Origin: Carcharhinus amblyrhynchos
Lineage: Eukaryota
Assembly (NCBI GenBank): GCA_965287045.1
Contig: OZ336870.1
Span: 71,858,001 to 71,922,000, forward strand
DNA length: 64,000 nucleotides
Direction of reading: 5' to 3'
A program made the translations under genes and the position numbers. Positions 50,411 to 62,904 of this stretch are shown piece after piece (the first letter of the stretch is position 1; the number at the start of each line of letters is the position of its first letter). The notes beneath the pieces were generated by a model. That model was not told where the DNA came from. It searched no databases and saw only the letters and a list, made by a program, of their open reading frames with translations.

Positions 50411-51944
50411 CTGTGTTACTGTGCCACCCGCTGTGCTAACAGTGCTGCCCCCGTACATGGCAGTAGAGGCTGGAGTTTAACAAGGGAGGCCAGGAATCAA
50501 ACCAATAGTAGAAATACCCATGATAGGGAAGTGTTGGATGGCTGCCAATAAAATGAAGCTCATGGAAATAAGAGGTCAAACAAAGAGAATTGGACAGTTG
50601 GAAAGAATTTGGGGTGTACACTGAGGTAACAGACAAAGGCAGCCTGCTCTGTCCGATCAGTGGGTTTGCACAGAGAAAGTTTTGCAAGATGAGACTTGTA
50701 AAGCAAAAGCCAGATTAGTAGCCCGTGGGTATGAGAACACTTGGAGAGAGCGACATTAGGGTTATTCATCCGCAGCAGGGGAAGTGACTGAATTTGTTTT
50801 TGCTGTCCTAGCATCAAATAATTGGGAAGGTAAGTCAATAGATATCAAAACAGCATTTCTGCAGAACAAAAACCACCCAAAGAAGCAGGTAATAAACAGG
50901 GACAGTTGTGGAAACTGAACAATTGCATATACGGATCAAGTAATGCATCAAGGGTTTGTTATTTTTCTGTACAATCTGTATGACTGAAAAGTGGCTGTGT
51001 CCAGTTAAAAGCAAATCCAGCAATGTTCTATTGGAAGTCCGAAGGAAAATTGGTTGGAATTTTCATGATGCATGTTAATGGTTTCCTGTGGGGTGGCACA
51101 GAACAGTTAAAAAAGTGGGTAATGAATTAGTTAAAGACAGAATTTAAGTAGGGAGTCAAGTAGCTGGTGTTTTTTTGATATCTCGACAAAGCAAATCTAG
51201 GATAATGATGAATTAACAGAGTTATCTAAATAGCATTGATCCTATTCTTATAACCAGAAAAAGATTGATGAAAAAAGAGAAACAAGCCAATGAAAAAGAA
51301 ACTGAATTGTTGAGCAATATGATAGAACAGTAAAACTGGCTATACACACACAAGATCAGAGCTATAATGTCCTAGAGTTCAGTAATATGTTGAGACGCAC
51401 TTCAGTCAGATCTTACAGGCAAATAAAACTTAAAAAATTAAAATTAGAGGAATGTCAAATTAAATTCCCAGCATTAGGAGAACCAGAAGACATGAAATTA
51501 ACTATGTTTAGTGATGCTTCAAATGCCAATCTACCAGGTGGACATTTGAGCAGTGCCAGAGTCATAATATTCTTGGTAGGTAAGGGAGGAAAATGTTGTC
51601 CCTTGGCCTGGGAAGCAAAGAAAATAAAAAGGGTAGCCAAAAGTATATTGGCAGCTGAAACCCTAGTGTTAGTGGAGGCAGTAGATATAAGGCTACATTT
51701 GCTTGACACATTAACAGAGTTATTTTTCATAGCAATGTTGGGAAAGATAACACTCAATTGGTATTACCTGGACAATGTACGCTCAACCAGAAAGTGTAAC
51801 AGAAAAGCGACTGAGAATTGATTTGGCCAGCATTAAACAAATGTTGGAAAACAAGGAAGTTTCAAAGCTCAACTGGGTTGGTGCAATTTATAGTTGCTGA
51901 AAAATTGTTAAGAATACTGGAGGATGGTTATCGTAAATTAATTT

Positions 51945-51960
51945 GGGAAAAATAGGGGAA
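51945..51960 (+). promoter_or_regulatory. Polypurine tract
   Basis: GGGAAAAATAGGGGAA ends 2 nt before the 3' LTR. Confidence 0.85.
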
Positions 51961-51962
51961 TC

Positions 51963-52227
51963 TGTTAGAATGTAACCAATGATAACATGCTGTGAGGGTC
52001 AGCTGACATGGTAGACAATGTATTAGATGACAAAATGATGTGATGGTCAGCTGACCAAAATACAATAAGAAGCAATTTGGGAATTGTGGGGAGTTTGTAT
52101 GGCCTAGGATGTGGCTGTAAGTGTTGGAGTAATGAAATTTCTTCATTAAACTTTTTCTTTGATTTACTTACTGACGTAAGCTCTTTTTACTGCTTGCAAC
52201 TGAAGAATTCTTTCTGCTGGATGAACA
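51963..52227 (+). repeat. 3' LTR
   Basis: TGTTAG...ATGAACA (TGTT/AACA terminal inverted repeat). Confidence 0.9.
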
Positions 52228-53134
52228 ATTGTCTCTTAATCAGGTGTACTCTACACTGAAGGCAATAAAGGAAAAGGAACAAAACTCATATTCTGGCCCT
52301 GCATGTTTTAGATAGTCATTCCCTTGCTGTAAGGCTCATAATGGGCAAAGCAACAGCAATAGTACTTAGCTCACTGAGTTGCAAAAGTTCCTACCAGATC
52401 ATATTCTGCTATAGCAGAGTGATGCTGTTCCATGCCAATATTCTGACAGGATCATCAGGACAACTCACCAGTCATATGCTAATCAGATCCAGCCTTCAAA
52501 CCTGACCAGCACAAGCAAAATTGAAAACCAATGTTCCACTGGACAGCTGCCTGAAAGCTGCTTCAAAAATTTATTAGCTTTAGAACATCCTGAGGACACA
52601 GAAGGGGCTATATAAGAACATTTTTTTTCTTATTACATTTGTAATGAGGAAATATTGATTTTTGGATTACTGGCAACATTGGAAAGCTGCTATCTGAACG
52701 GTATCTGTTAAAGAAAATTCTGGTGTCGGGGTGAACACTCTGAAGTATTGCATTCATTTTCTCATAAGTCATTTTAATGACTAGTTCAGAGGTCCAAAAA
52801 GCCACCAGTAATTCATTTCAGGAAAAGCGATATGATATAGGCAGGCTGTAATGTTGTTCAGTGGGAGATCCCCATTGAGCAATTACTAACTTCCATTAAG
52901 TTTGTATATTGCTTGTATCGAGAAGCGAACTGAAAGCTGTAATATTATCTTTAATTTTGTCCTTGGTGAGTTTTAAAAGATGTCAGGAATGGATGGCATA
53001 GAAGGAGGCTATTTGGCCCATCTCGTCCACATTGGCAGTAAAATTGCTTGACAGCAATATTCATTCTCTGAACAATTAAATTTGGCATGGATAAATTAAA
53101 GAGAAAAAGATCATGCTTGATGTATTTAAAAGAG

Positions 53135-53560
53135 ATTGGACAATATCATCTTCTGGTTGTTCATCGGATCTTCCAGTCCTGCCAATGGCATAACCTCACT
53201 GTGGGTTTCTCAATCGCATGGGATGGATTCAATGGGAAATCCCGTTGACAGCAGCAGGACCATGAAGTTACCACTGACAACAAATGGCAGGCCAACTACT
53301 GCCACTGAGAAACACACCGTGGAGATACACAGAGAACTTAACCCACAATGAGCAGGATTTGCCAGCCATTTTCACTGGCGGAATCTTCAGGTCCTGCCGA
53401 CGGTAAACCCCACTATAGGTTCCCCAATGGAGGAGGGTGCGAACAATAGAAAATCCCATTAACAGCAGTGCGACAGGAAGATCCCACTGCCAGCAAATGG
53501 CAGGCCACCTCACTGCATCCGTGCTGCTGCAAGAGGGGAAAACACATCGGGTGGGGGGAG
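53135..53560. mobile_element. Two adjacent Harbinger-type MITE copies
   Basis: aatgggaaatcccgttgacagcagc and aatagaaaatcccattaacagcagt cores in colinear ~230 bp units. Confidence 0.5.
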
Positions 53561-53889
53561 TGAAGGTGCAACATAAAATTGCACTGCCAGGGTGCCAGGC
53601 TGGCATAGTCCAAGGGGCACCCTTGGGAGGAGGTGGTCCTCAGTAGCCTCTGTCCCCACCAGTGGGGTGATCATGCCTGGTCCCAATTTATGGGTATGAT
53701 TCTCACTGGTGGGAACCTCTCCCAGAGGGGCGGGAAGCACCAGCAAGCCTGCATGATATCACCCTGGACTTGCTAATGATATGGAAATGTCCACATCACA
53801 AGTGAGTCCAGATGGTATCGTGCTGGCTCACTGATGCTTTGCACCCCTCCGGGATATGGAAACTGACGTTCCCATATTGTAAGCATGAT

Positions 53890-53972
53890 GACTCACTTGA
53901 TGAAGGATCAGCGCTCCAAAACCTTGTGATACCATATAAACTTGTTGGACTTTAACTTGGTGTCGTGAGGCC
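53890..53972 (+). mobile_element. Penelope-like terminal fragment with degenerate hammerhead
   Basis: actcacttgatgaaggatcagcgctccaaaacc..tgttggactttaac; homologous to the reverse complement of 21345-21420. Confidence 0.6.
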
Positions 53973-55204
53973 TCATAAAGCAATCAGCCTCATGATTTCC
54001 AGCACGAAGCTGATTTTGTTTAAATGAAACCCCTGGCAGAGTCCCGATTGGCCAGACCCGCATCCACCTCCCCCCCCTCGCCGCTGATATTTCCCGACCT
54101 GCTGCGGTACTCGAGCAGCGGGCCAGGAGAATGGCACTCTACATTCATGACAAAGCTTATAACAAATAAAAACCCTCCCCAAATGTGCCTTCTAACATAT
54201 TGAAAACATTTCATGAATGGTTGATTTAACATATGAAGGTTGTTTCGATGGACAAGATCCTGATTATATCAGGTCAGTTTCACTTTAAATAACATTTCTC
54301 TGGTTCGTGAATATCCATTACTATGTTGTCATGGCAATAAATCATAGTCCCAAATTACATACAGACATATTGAACTTATAATAAGATGTGTATTTTTTTT
54401 AACGGACATATAAGCAAACAATGGTTGAAACTGAAAGGTAACTACTTGATGTAACTCTTCTGTGAATTATATTGTGATCTGAGAGAGACAGTAGAATGTT
54501 GCACCTTTTCTCAGAGTGCGACATTTCAAAGAATATAAAAAATTTAATGACCACAGAACTGACCCTGAAAACAATCAATAATTCAGGCATGGAATGTTGC
54601 TAAATGATTCATTCATAAATATTTTAGAAATAATTCTTAACTTAAATATTTTAGCTCCTACCTCCACCCCATGTATTGGTCAATATTTAATTTTCTGAAT
54701 GTAAACATTTTAGAAGAGACATTAATGAACTGCTTTTTGGTTTTCTCTGCAACAATTCTTGAGTGATTGGCTGCTTGGAAAGCCTGATACCATTGCTCCA
54801 GTTCCATACTGAGAATGCAATGTTCTATACTGGACAATCTGCTAAATACAAATATACAAAATAGGAGCAGGAGGAGGCTATTCAGCCCTTCAAGCCTGCT
54901 CTGCCGTTCGTTATGAGCATGGGCTGATCATCAAACTAAATAGCTTAATCCCACCTCCATCTACATACCACCCCCCCTGCCCCGCAACCCCCCCATATGC
55001 TTTGATCCCCTTCACCCTAAGTACTATATCTAACTGCTTTTTAAAAGCACTCAATATTTTAGCCTCAATTACTTTCTGTGGTATCAAATTCCACAGGCTC
55101 GCCATTCTGTGTGAAGATATTTCTCTTCATTTTTGTCCTACACATCTATCCTGTATCTTTAGACAATGACCCCTGGTTGTGGACACCCCCACTATCAGGA
55201 ATGT

Positions 55205-55481
55205 TGGCAGCACAGTGGTTAGCACTGCTGCCTGTCAGCGCCAGGGACCTGGGTTTGGTTCCTGGCTTGGGTTAGTCTGTATGGAATCTGCATATTCTCC
55301 CATATCTGGTTGGGTTTCCTCCCACAGTCCAAAAGATATGCTGGTTAGGTGCGTTGGCCTGGCTCAATTCTCCATCAATGTACCTGAACAGGTGCCAGAG
55401 TGTGGGGATGAGGGGAATTTCACAGTAACTTTATTGCCATGTTCGTGTAAACCTACTTGTGATATTAATAAATTAAAACTT
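55205..55481 (+). mobile_element. V-SINE-like SINE, type B tail (nested)
   Basis: gcacagtggttagcactgctgcc..atttcacagtaacttt..cctacttgtgatattaataaa. Confidence 0.87.
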
Positions 55482-55665
55482 AAAGAACATCCTTCTTACA
55501 TCTACCCTGTCTAGAATTTTGTAGGTTTCTATAAGATTCCCATCTCATTCTTCTCAACTCCAGCAAATATAAACCTAATCAATGCAATCTCTCCTTATAC
55601 ATGAGTCCTGTCATCCCAGGAATCAACCTTCTCTGAACTCCCTCTAGAGCAAGAATATTCTTCCT

Positions 55666-56312
55666 TGGATAGAGCCATGAAGAAGGCTTATAGCGTGTTA
55701 GCGTTTATTAACAGGGGGTTTGAGTTTAAGAGCCGTGGGGCTATGCTGCAATTATACCGGACCTTGGTGAGACCACATTTGGAATATTGTGTTCAGATCT
55801 GGTTACCTCACTATAAGAAGGATGTTGAAGCATTGGAGAGAGTGCAGAGGAGATTTACCAGGATGCTGCCTGGTTTGGAGGGTAGGTCTTATGAGGAAAG
55901 GTTGAAGGAGCTGGGGCTTTTCTCTTTGGAGTGGGGAGGATCAGAGGTGACTTAATAGAGGTTTATAAGATGGTGAGGGGGATAAATAGTCCCTGAAGGT
56001 CCATTCTATTTCCTCGGTTGGACGTAGCTGTTACTAGGGAGCATAACTATAAGGTTCATGGTGGGAGATATAGGAGGGATGTCCGAGGTAGATTCTTCAC
56101 TCAGAGTGTGTTTGGGGTGTGGAATACACTGCCTGCTGTGATAGTGGAGTCGGACACTTTAGGAACTTTCAAGTGACTATTGTTTAGGTACATGGAGCAT
56201 ACCGGAATGATAGGGAGTGGGATAGCTTGATCTTGGGATTGGACATAGCTCGGCACAACATTGAGGGCCGAAGGGCCTGTGCTGTGCTGTACTATTCTAT
56301 GTTCTATGTTCT
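55666..56312 (+). mobile_element. CR1 3' fragment (nested, opposite orientation)
   Basis: LYRTLVRPHLEYCVQIWLPHYKKDVEALERVQRRF; tail ttctatgttctatgttcta. Confidence 0.92.
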
Positions 56313-56395
56313 AAAGAGAACAAAACTGCACACAATATTCCAGGTGTAGCTCACCAAGACCCTGTATAATTGTAGCAAGACACCCCTGCTCCTGT

Positions 56396-56727
56396 ATCAT
56401 AGAACCCTACAGTGCAGAAAGAGACCCTTCGAGTCTGCACCGACCATAATCCTACCCAGGCCCTACCCCCATATCCCTACACATTTACCCTCTAATCCCT
56501 CTAACCTAAGCATCCCAGAACACTAAGGGGCATTTTTTTAAAGCATGGCCAATCAACCTAACCCATGCATCTTCGAACTGTGGGAGGAAACCGGAGCACC
56601 CGGAGGAACCCACACAGACACGAGGAGAATGTGCAAACTCCTTACTGACAGTGACCCGAGCCGGGAATCGAACCCAGGTCCCCTGGAGCTGTGAAGCAGC
56701 AGTGCTAACCACTGTGCTACCGTGCCA
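56396..56727 (-). mobile_element. HE1-like SINE (nested)
   Basis: Complete; ctgta on both flanks. Confidence 0.9.
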
Positions 56728-56906
56728 CTCACTCTGTACTTGAATCTTCTCATTACGAAGGCCAACATACCACTTGCCTTTTTTGCTGCCTGCTGCACCT
56801 TCACACTTAGCTTCAGCTACAGGTGTACAAGGACACCCAAGTCTCATTGCACACTCCCCTTTCCTAATTTATGATGATAGTTTGCCTTCTTGTTTATCAG
56901 CACATT

Positions 56907-57200
56907 AAGTTTTAAAAGTTTATTTATTAGTGTGGCAAGTAGGCTTACATTAACACTGCAATGAAGTTACTCTGAAAATTGTCTCATCCCCACATTCTGG
57001 CGCCTGTTCAGGTACACTGAGGAGAATTTAGCATGGCCATAACAAGCAAATCTCTCAGATTGTGGGGAGAAACCGGAGCACCCAGAGGAAACCCACACAG
57101 ACACGGGGCAAATATGCACAGACAGTGACCGCAGCTGGAAATCAAACCTGGGTCCCTGGAGCTAAAGTAGCATTGCTAACTACTGTGCCACAGAGCCGCC
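56907..57200 (-). mobile_element. V-SINE-like SINE, type B tail
   Basis: aagtttatttattagtgtggcaagtaggcttacatt..aacctgggtccctggagct. Confidence 0.85.
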
Positions 57201-59064
57201 CATGGCTATAGAGGTGAAAATCTCACCAGGGAGATCACTAGGGACTGAATTTACGATCTGAGGTCAGGATCCTGATGCCCAGAGTGTCCTAAAGCTGCCA
57301 GTTAGCCATGTGTTATGACTGGGATACTAAAGGTCGTATTTGGGCTGCAAATGAGTGCAGCAGCCAATGAGTGACCTTGACACTGCCTGGAGGTGGGAGT
57401 TCATTCTGGTGGACTATTTTCAAAAGCAGGTGACAACCATGACTCTTTGCCATTGTCTTGTGGAAAGAAACAAGCAGGAGAGTGGAGGGTTAGAATTTCT
57501 CATTGTGTTCCAGGTTTAAATACTTCAGTGTTGCTGTATTTAACCTTGCTATGGAATGTGTTTCCAATTGGTCCAATAAAACCCATCCACTGCTGACAAA
57601 TCATCAATAATGTGTTAAGAATTTGAAACATTTCCTTCGATATCATCTTTCCAGTCATACATTGATGCACTTAATCAATTTCTGTCTAACTTGTCCAGCT
57701 CATGGCATTAGGAGTAACCTTCAAGGGATTGCACTCTAATGAACAATCTGATGAGAATTCCCTCTGCAAGCTTCTTGTCCTCCATTTTTATCATTTTTTC
57801 CCCTTCCACACACAACCTTCGCACCCCCCTCCCCCCCAGCCTGTAACATGTTTTGCTTTCTGAGAGTTATTAACCCTTCTGCTGTCTGATTATCTGATTT
57901 TTAGATTCCTATTAGCACTTTCTTTGGGGCGGAATGTTCCCCGTTATGTGACAGTAGTGCAACGGGTGGTAAAAGTGGCACCAATGGCATTGGTACCTGT
58001 GGTGGCTTTCTGTGCCCTATGGTTCAGCTGATAGGTGGGTTCCACAATGTAACAATGGAGAGGCAGGCTCTGATTGAGCCAACCTTGCTGAGAGCCTAGG
58101 TTTTAAAAGCTTTTTTCAAAGGATTCACCATTACATAAAAAATAAAAGTAGCACCAGCCCCCTGAAAATCACCCTCACGCACCCCACCGAACATCCTGAC
58201 AGAATACCCCTCCCCACGCATCTCTCCTCCACCCTCTGCATGGAATAACCTTCCCCTTCACAGAACACCCCCTCATCACTGCCCAGATACTTCCTTGGCA
58301 GTGGCAGGGGCTGTGCTAGGGCATGACCTCTCCTCCTGAGCGATGCACTAACCTGAACTCCTCAGAGTTCTACTCAGCAGGTGTACTCACTCTGACATGA
58401 GTGGGTTCTGTAAACAGAGTATCAGGTAAAGAGATCTGATAATGAGATGTAAATTTATTGTAATGGTCTTCCTGACATTGAACATCAGAATTCCTGTTAT
58501 ATCACTGACAGGGACAATCACAATGGGAAGTTCTGCTGTCATTATTATTGCAGCTGCAAGCCCCCTCCCTCCTTTTGGTCATTTCATTAACCAGTACCTG
58601 TGAAACAGCATGAGAAAAACAGGATAGATGGATCAGGGAGCAGAGGAGGGGCTGGGGCCGATTTCTCTGCCTGCCTTTTAAACGAACTAAGTTGAGAGCA
58701 GCCAAAGTGCACATTCCTTTTCAGAACTGCAGGCAGCCTTCAAATACCAACACTAATGCCCAATTTCACATGTCCTCAACTGGCAAGCTACTAAGAAACA
58801 AGGCAGTGCTGTCCTCTCATCAATTTTAAATAAGGCAAGTGCATCTATTTCATTTGCACATCTCCCATTCATACCTAGAGAGATCATTACACATACTGCA
58901 TTGTGGGTCATTACTAGATTATATGATTGAAAGTTTGAAACCCCTTTTAATTGCAGTATTCCATCAAATCTTGATCTAACTGTGACTTAAACCTGCACAT
59001 GGGCACTTCATAGAACAATTCAGAATTACCTTGACACAATAAATACTGAAGGATCAGATTCAAT

Positions 59065-60390
59065 TAACATAGAAGTTTACAGCATAGAAACAGGTCCTTC
59101 AGCCCAACTTGTGCATGCTGTCCTTTTTTAACCATTAAGCTGGTCCCAATTGCCTGCATTTGGCCATGCCCAGCTTACTTGTGTAACTGTCTAAATGCTT
59201 TTTAAAAGACAATTGTACCCACCTCTACTACCTCTGACAGCTCGTTCCAGACACTCATGACCCTCTGTGTGAAAAGATTGCCTCTTTGGACCCTTTAGTA
59301 TCTCTCGCCTCTCACCTTAAAGCTGTGCCCTCTAGTTTTAGACTCTCCTAACCTTTGGGGAAAAGATGTTGACTATCTAGCTGATCTATGCCCTTCATTA
59401 TTTTATAGATCTCTATAAGATCACCCCTCAGCCTTCTACACTGCAGGGAATAAGTCCCAGTCTATCCAGCCTCTCCTTAGAACTCAAACTATCAAGCCTC
59501 AGTAGCATCCTAGTAAATCTTTTCTGCATTCTTTCTAGTCTAACAATATCCTTTCTATAATAGGGTGACCAGGACTGGACACGGTATTCCAAGTGTGGCC
59601 TTACCAATGTCTTATACAACTTCAACAAGACATCCCAACTCCTGTATTCAATGTTATGACTGATGAAACTAAGTATGCCAAATGCCTTCTTCACCATCCT
59701 GTCCATATGTGACGCCACATTCAAGGAGCTATGAACCTTTACCCCGGATCTTTGTTCTATAACTCTCCCTCAAATGCCCTACCGTTAACTGAGCATGTCC
59801 TGCCCTGGTTCAATCTACCAAAACGCAACACCTCGCAATTATCTAAATTAAAATCCGTTTGCTATTCCTCAGCCCACTGGCCCAATTGATCAAGATCCTG
59901 TTGCAATCCTAGATGACTTTCTTCACTGTCCACTATGCCACCAACTTTGATGCCATCTGCAAACTTACTACTATGTGTCCTATATTCTCATCTAAATCAT
60001 TAATATAAATGATAAATAATAGTGGACCCAGCACTGATCCCTGAGGCACACCGCTGGTCTTTAGTTTGAATAACCACCCTCTGTCTTCTGTCATGAAGCC
60101 AATTTTGTATCCAATTAGCTACCTCAGCCTGGATCCTGTGAGATTTAATGTTATGCAACAACTTACCATGCCGTACCTTGTCAAAGGCCTTGCTGAAGTC
60201 CATGTACACTGCAACAACTGCATTGTCCTCTTCTACCTTCTTGGTTACCCCTTCAAAAACGCAATCAAATTTGTGAGACATGACTTTCCACTCAGAAAGC
60301 CATGCTGATTGTCCATAATCAGTTCTTGCCTCTCTAAATGCCAGTAGGTCTGGTCTCTCAGAATGCTTCTAACAAGTTATCCATTACAGG
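59065..60390 (-). mobile_element. CR1 LINE fragment (RT to tail), decayed
   Basis: VYMDFSKAFDKVRHG; LYKTLVRPHLEY..RKDIVRLERMQKRF. Confidence 0.92.
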
Positions 60391-60693
60391 TGTCTTTTGG
60401 GTGGGAGATTTTTCTTCATTCCACTGATCTGAGGTTTACTGTTTCATTAAAACAATGCCAAAATTTGCAATCAGGCTTAACTAGCACTGGAAGACATTTT
60501 AGCAACTATGCTGCCATTTTCTGTGTCAGTGCGGTACTGATATTACTGACATTTAGAAAATCAACCCTCTGGGCCTTTAATGATTCAACCCTTGTATGAA
60601 GATATGGATTCGGAGCAGGAAAGGGCCAGTCAGTCTGTCAAGCTTTCTCTTTCATTTGATAAGGTTATGTCTGGTTTTGAGTAATTATTGAAG

Positions 60694-61995
60694 TGTCATG
60701 ATGATGTAACATGTGCATGTGTAATCTTCATTTTTAATTTCATCAGTTAGTCATATGTATATATTTAGCCTATTTAAAGAATTTTAAAAAGTATGCTGAC
60801 TTCAGATGGCTGCCACAGGCCACATGACACATTTGCTATTACAAGTGATCAGTTTCTGGAAGATTCCATTGCAGATTAGAATTACAACACAAGACAAACA
60901 TTTTATGGGATTGGCTGTCAAGAATTACTTCAAAGATTAACTGAAACTATAACTGGGTCTCATTATTTGCATTGCTATAAAATTTCCTTTCAGGAAGAAA
61001 CAAAGTCTAGCAGGGCAAAGGCCGCATAGAAAATGTTCTTGATAGCTCATTCCAGTGGAGGTTGGTCCATTCAGAGGTGATGACTGGGACTTTAAAGATG
61101 TTTATCATCTAGGCCAGGACACGATAGCCAAGATCTGTCCTGATGAGCTAATTAATTACATACTTAAATCATTAGGGGAAATATGTCATGTGATCAGAAT
61201 AACCATTTTGAAATGACTTTTATTACAACATCCTGGCTGCTTATAGAAAGAGTAGGAGAAACCTGAAGCAGTAACATTTGCCTGAATTTTACCGGTATGC
61301 CTGCCCTGGAATTGGGGTGTGTGAGGCTCGTAGAACGATATTCTCTTTTGGCCTCAGGCAGGATTGTATGAGCCTCAGATAGGCAAGAAGGTAAAATTCC
61401 AGCAATTATCTCTGTCCCCATTATCAAGTCCCGAGCCCTATCTCTGTTAGAGTTTGGAATCCATTAGAGATGGATAAATCCAGTCAAAAGGAACCTCAGG
61501 GGCAAGATCATTGACTTATGAAAAAGACAATGACATTTTGAGAGAGATAATCCCCAGAAATTAACAGTTTACATCAGGTTCAATTCCACTGTAATTTCAA
61601 GAACACTGGGGAGAGAAAAACTGCCTCAGTTATGGACACCAGCAAAGGACTAATAAATGATGAACTCTCTTTTTTCCTTTTCTCATTGAATCCTAATTTG
61701 GTCAAGAACTACTATAACTGAAGGTTTTGCAGTCTTGTGAATGGTACAAAGGTGGGGGTGTGTGTTTCCCTTTTTATGGTATTTGTTTAACTTTACATGT
61801 GTGGGTTTTAGCGCAGTAAAAACAAACCCTTCTGTGTTTAAATTCAAAAAGCCTACTGGACTGATTTCTTTGAAATCAACACATAAGTGGTAAGTGCAGA
61901 AACTGGGTCAAACCTCCATCCTTACGTATTACAAAGAAAAACGGAAAGCGAGGAGAAAGGCCGAGTCCTGACGTGTGTTCTCACCGGTCATAACA
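60694..61995. mobile_element. Possible long solo LTR (~1.3 kb)
   Basis: TGTCATGA...TCATAACA termini (7/8 inverted); flanking duplication is imperfect. Confidence 0.35.
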
Positions 61996-62359
61996 GTAAG
62001 TTGCTGTTTATGCTCTCTTCAACTATATAATGCCCATGCATGGAAAGGAAATGAAATCTGATGTAAAGCAATAGTAAGATTTTTTTGCAGATCCATTCTT
62101 GATAAAGCCCTCACGCTGTGTCAATTTCTTTCCATCTAAGTAGTTTATTTATCATTCAGTTGACAGAAATTTCACAGTGGATTTTTTCTGTAAGCAGCTT
62201 GTAAATTGAGCTGAAGATTCAAATTCTATAGGCATATAAATAATAAAAGGGTGGTCAAAGTTGGAGTAAGGCTTTTATGGGTATTCATGCATAGAGACAG
62301 AGGACATGGCTAAATTATTACATGAATAGTTTGCATTAGTCGTTACCAAGGAAGAAAAT

Positions 62360-62825
62360 GATAGACTGGAGAAGTTGGGACTGTTTTGCTTGGAAAAAAG
62401 TCTAAGAGGAGATTTCTTAGAGGTATTCAAACTCATGTGGAGTCAGAACAAAATAGTTTGGAAGAAATTATTCCTACTCAGTACCTTAAAAAGGAAACAC
62501 ACATCCCAACTTTTGTGCCATTTATACATTCACAAAGATTGAGATTCAGCAGGCACAGATTTAAAGTAATTGGCAAAAGAAGCAGAAGTGAGACGAAAAA
62601 GACTTTTTCACACAATGAGTGGTTAAGGTCTGGAGCACACTGCCTGAGAGCGTGGTGGTGGCAGCTTAATTAAAGCATTTAAAATAGAATTAGACTTATC
62701 TGGAAAGGAAAATGTGTAAGGTTAAGGGGAGAAGGCAGAGGAATGGCACTAAGTGAATTACTTATTCAGAGAAGGGATGCACCCATGATGGACCAAATGG
62801 CCATTTTTGGTGCTGTAACAATAAT
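62360..62825 (+). mobile_element. Old CR1 3' fragment
   Basis: gatagactggagaagttgggactgttt..ggcacagatttaaagtaattggcaaaaga..gatggaccaaatggcc. Confidence 0.8.
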
Positions 62826-62904
62826 GCATTGTTTTCCAGAAATAATAAATGGAAATTGCAGATTGAAACATAAAAAATTGTATTAAAAGCATTCCAGATT
62901 ACAT

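Larger units (their letters stand above)
46874..52227 (+). mobile_element. Full-length decayed Ty1/copia LTR retrotransposon, GalEa-like
   Basis: Two LTRs, tRNA-iMet PBS, PPT; domain order protease (AVLDNECTSTVCG), integrase (LHKQFVH..CEIC; VAMDLK; TDNG..AAESPFSNG), RT (KARLVARGYE; DIKTAFLQ; HVNGFLWGG), RNase H (MFSDASNAN..ILAAETL). Confidence 0.9.
54858..56870 (-). mobile_element. CR1 3' region hosting three nested insertions
   Basis: LWNLIPQKVIEAKILSAFKKQLD; KVQQAAKKASGMLAFV; host is colinear across the inserts. Confidence 0.85.

Noticed and set aside
52608-52805. 65 aa minus-strand ORF in unique DNA
   Set aside because: No recognisable motif; length expected by chance.
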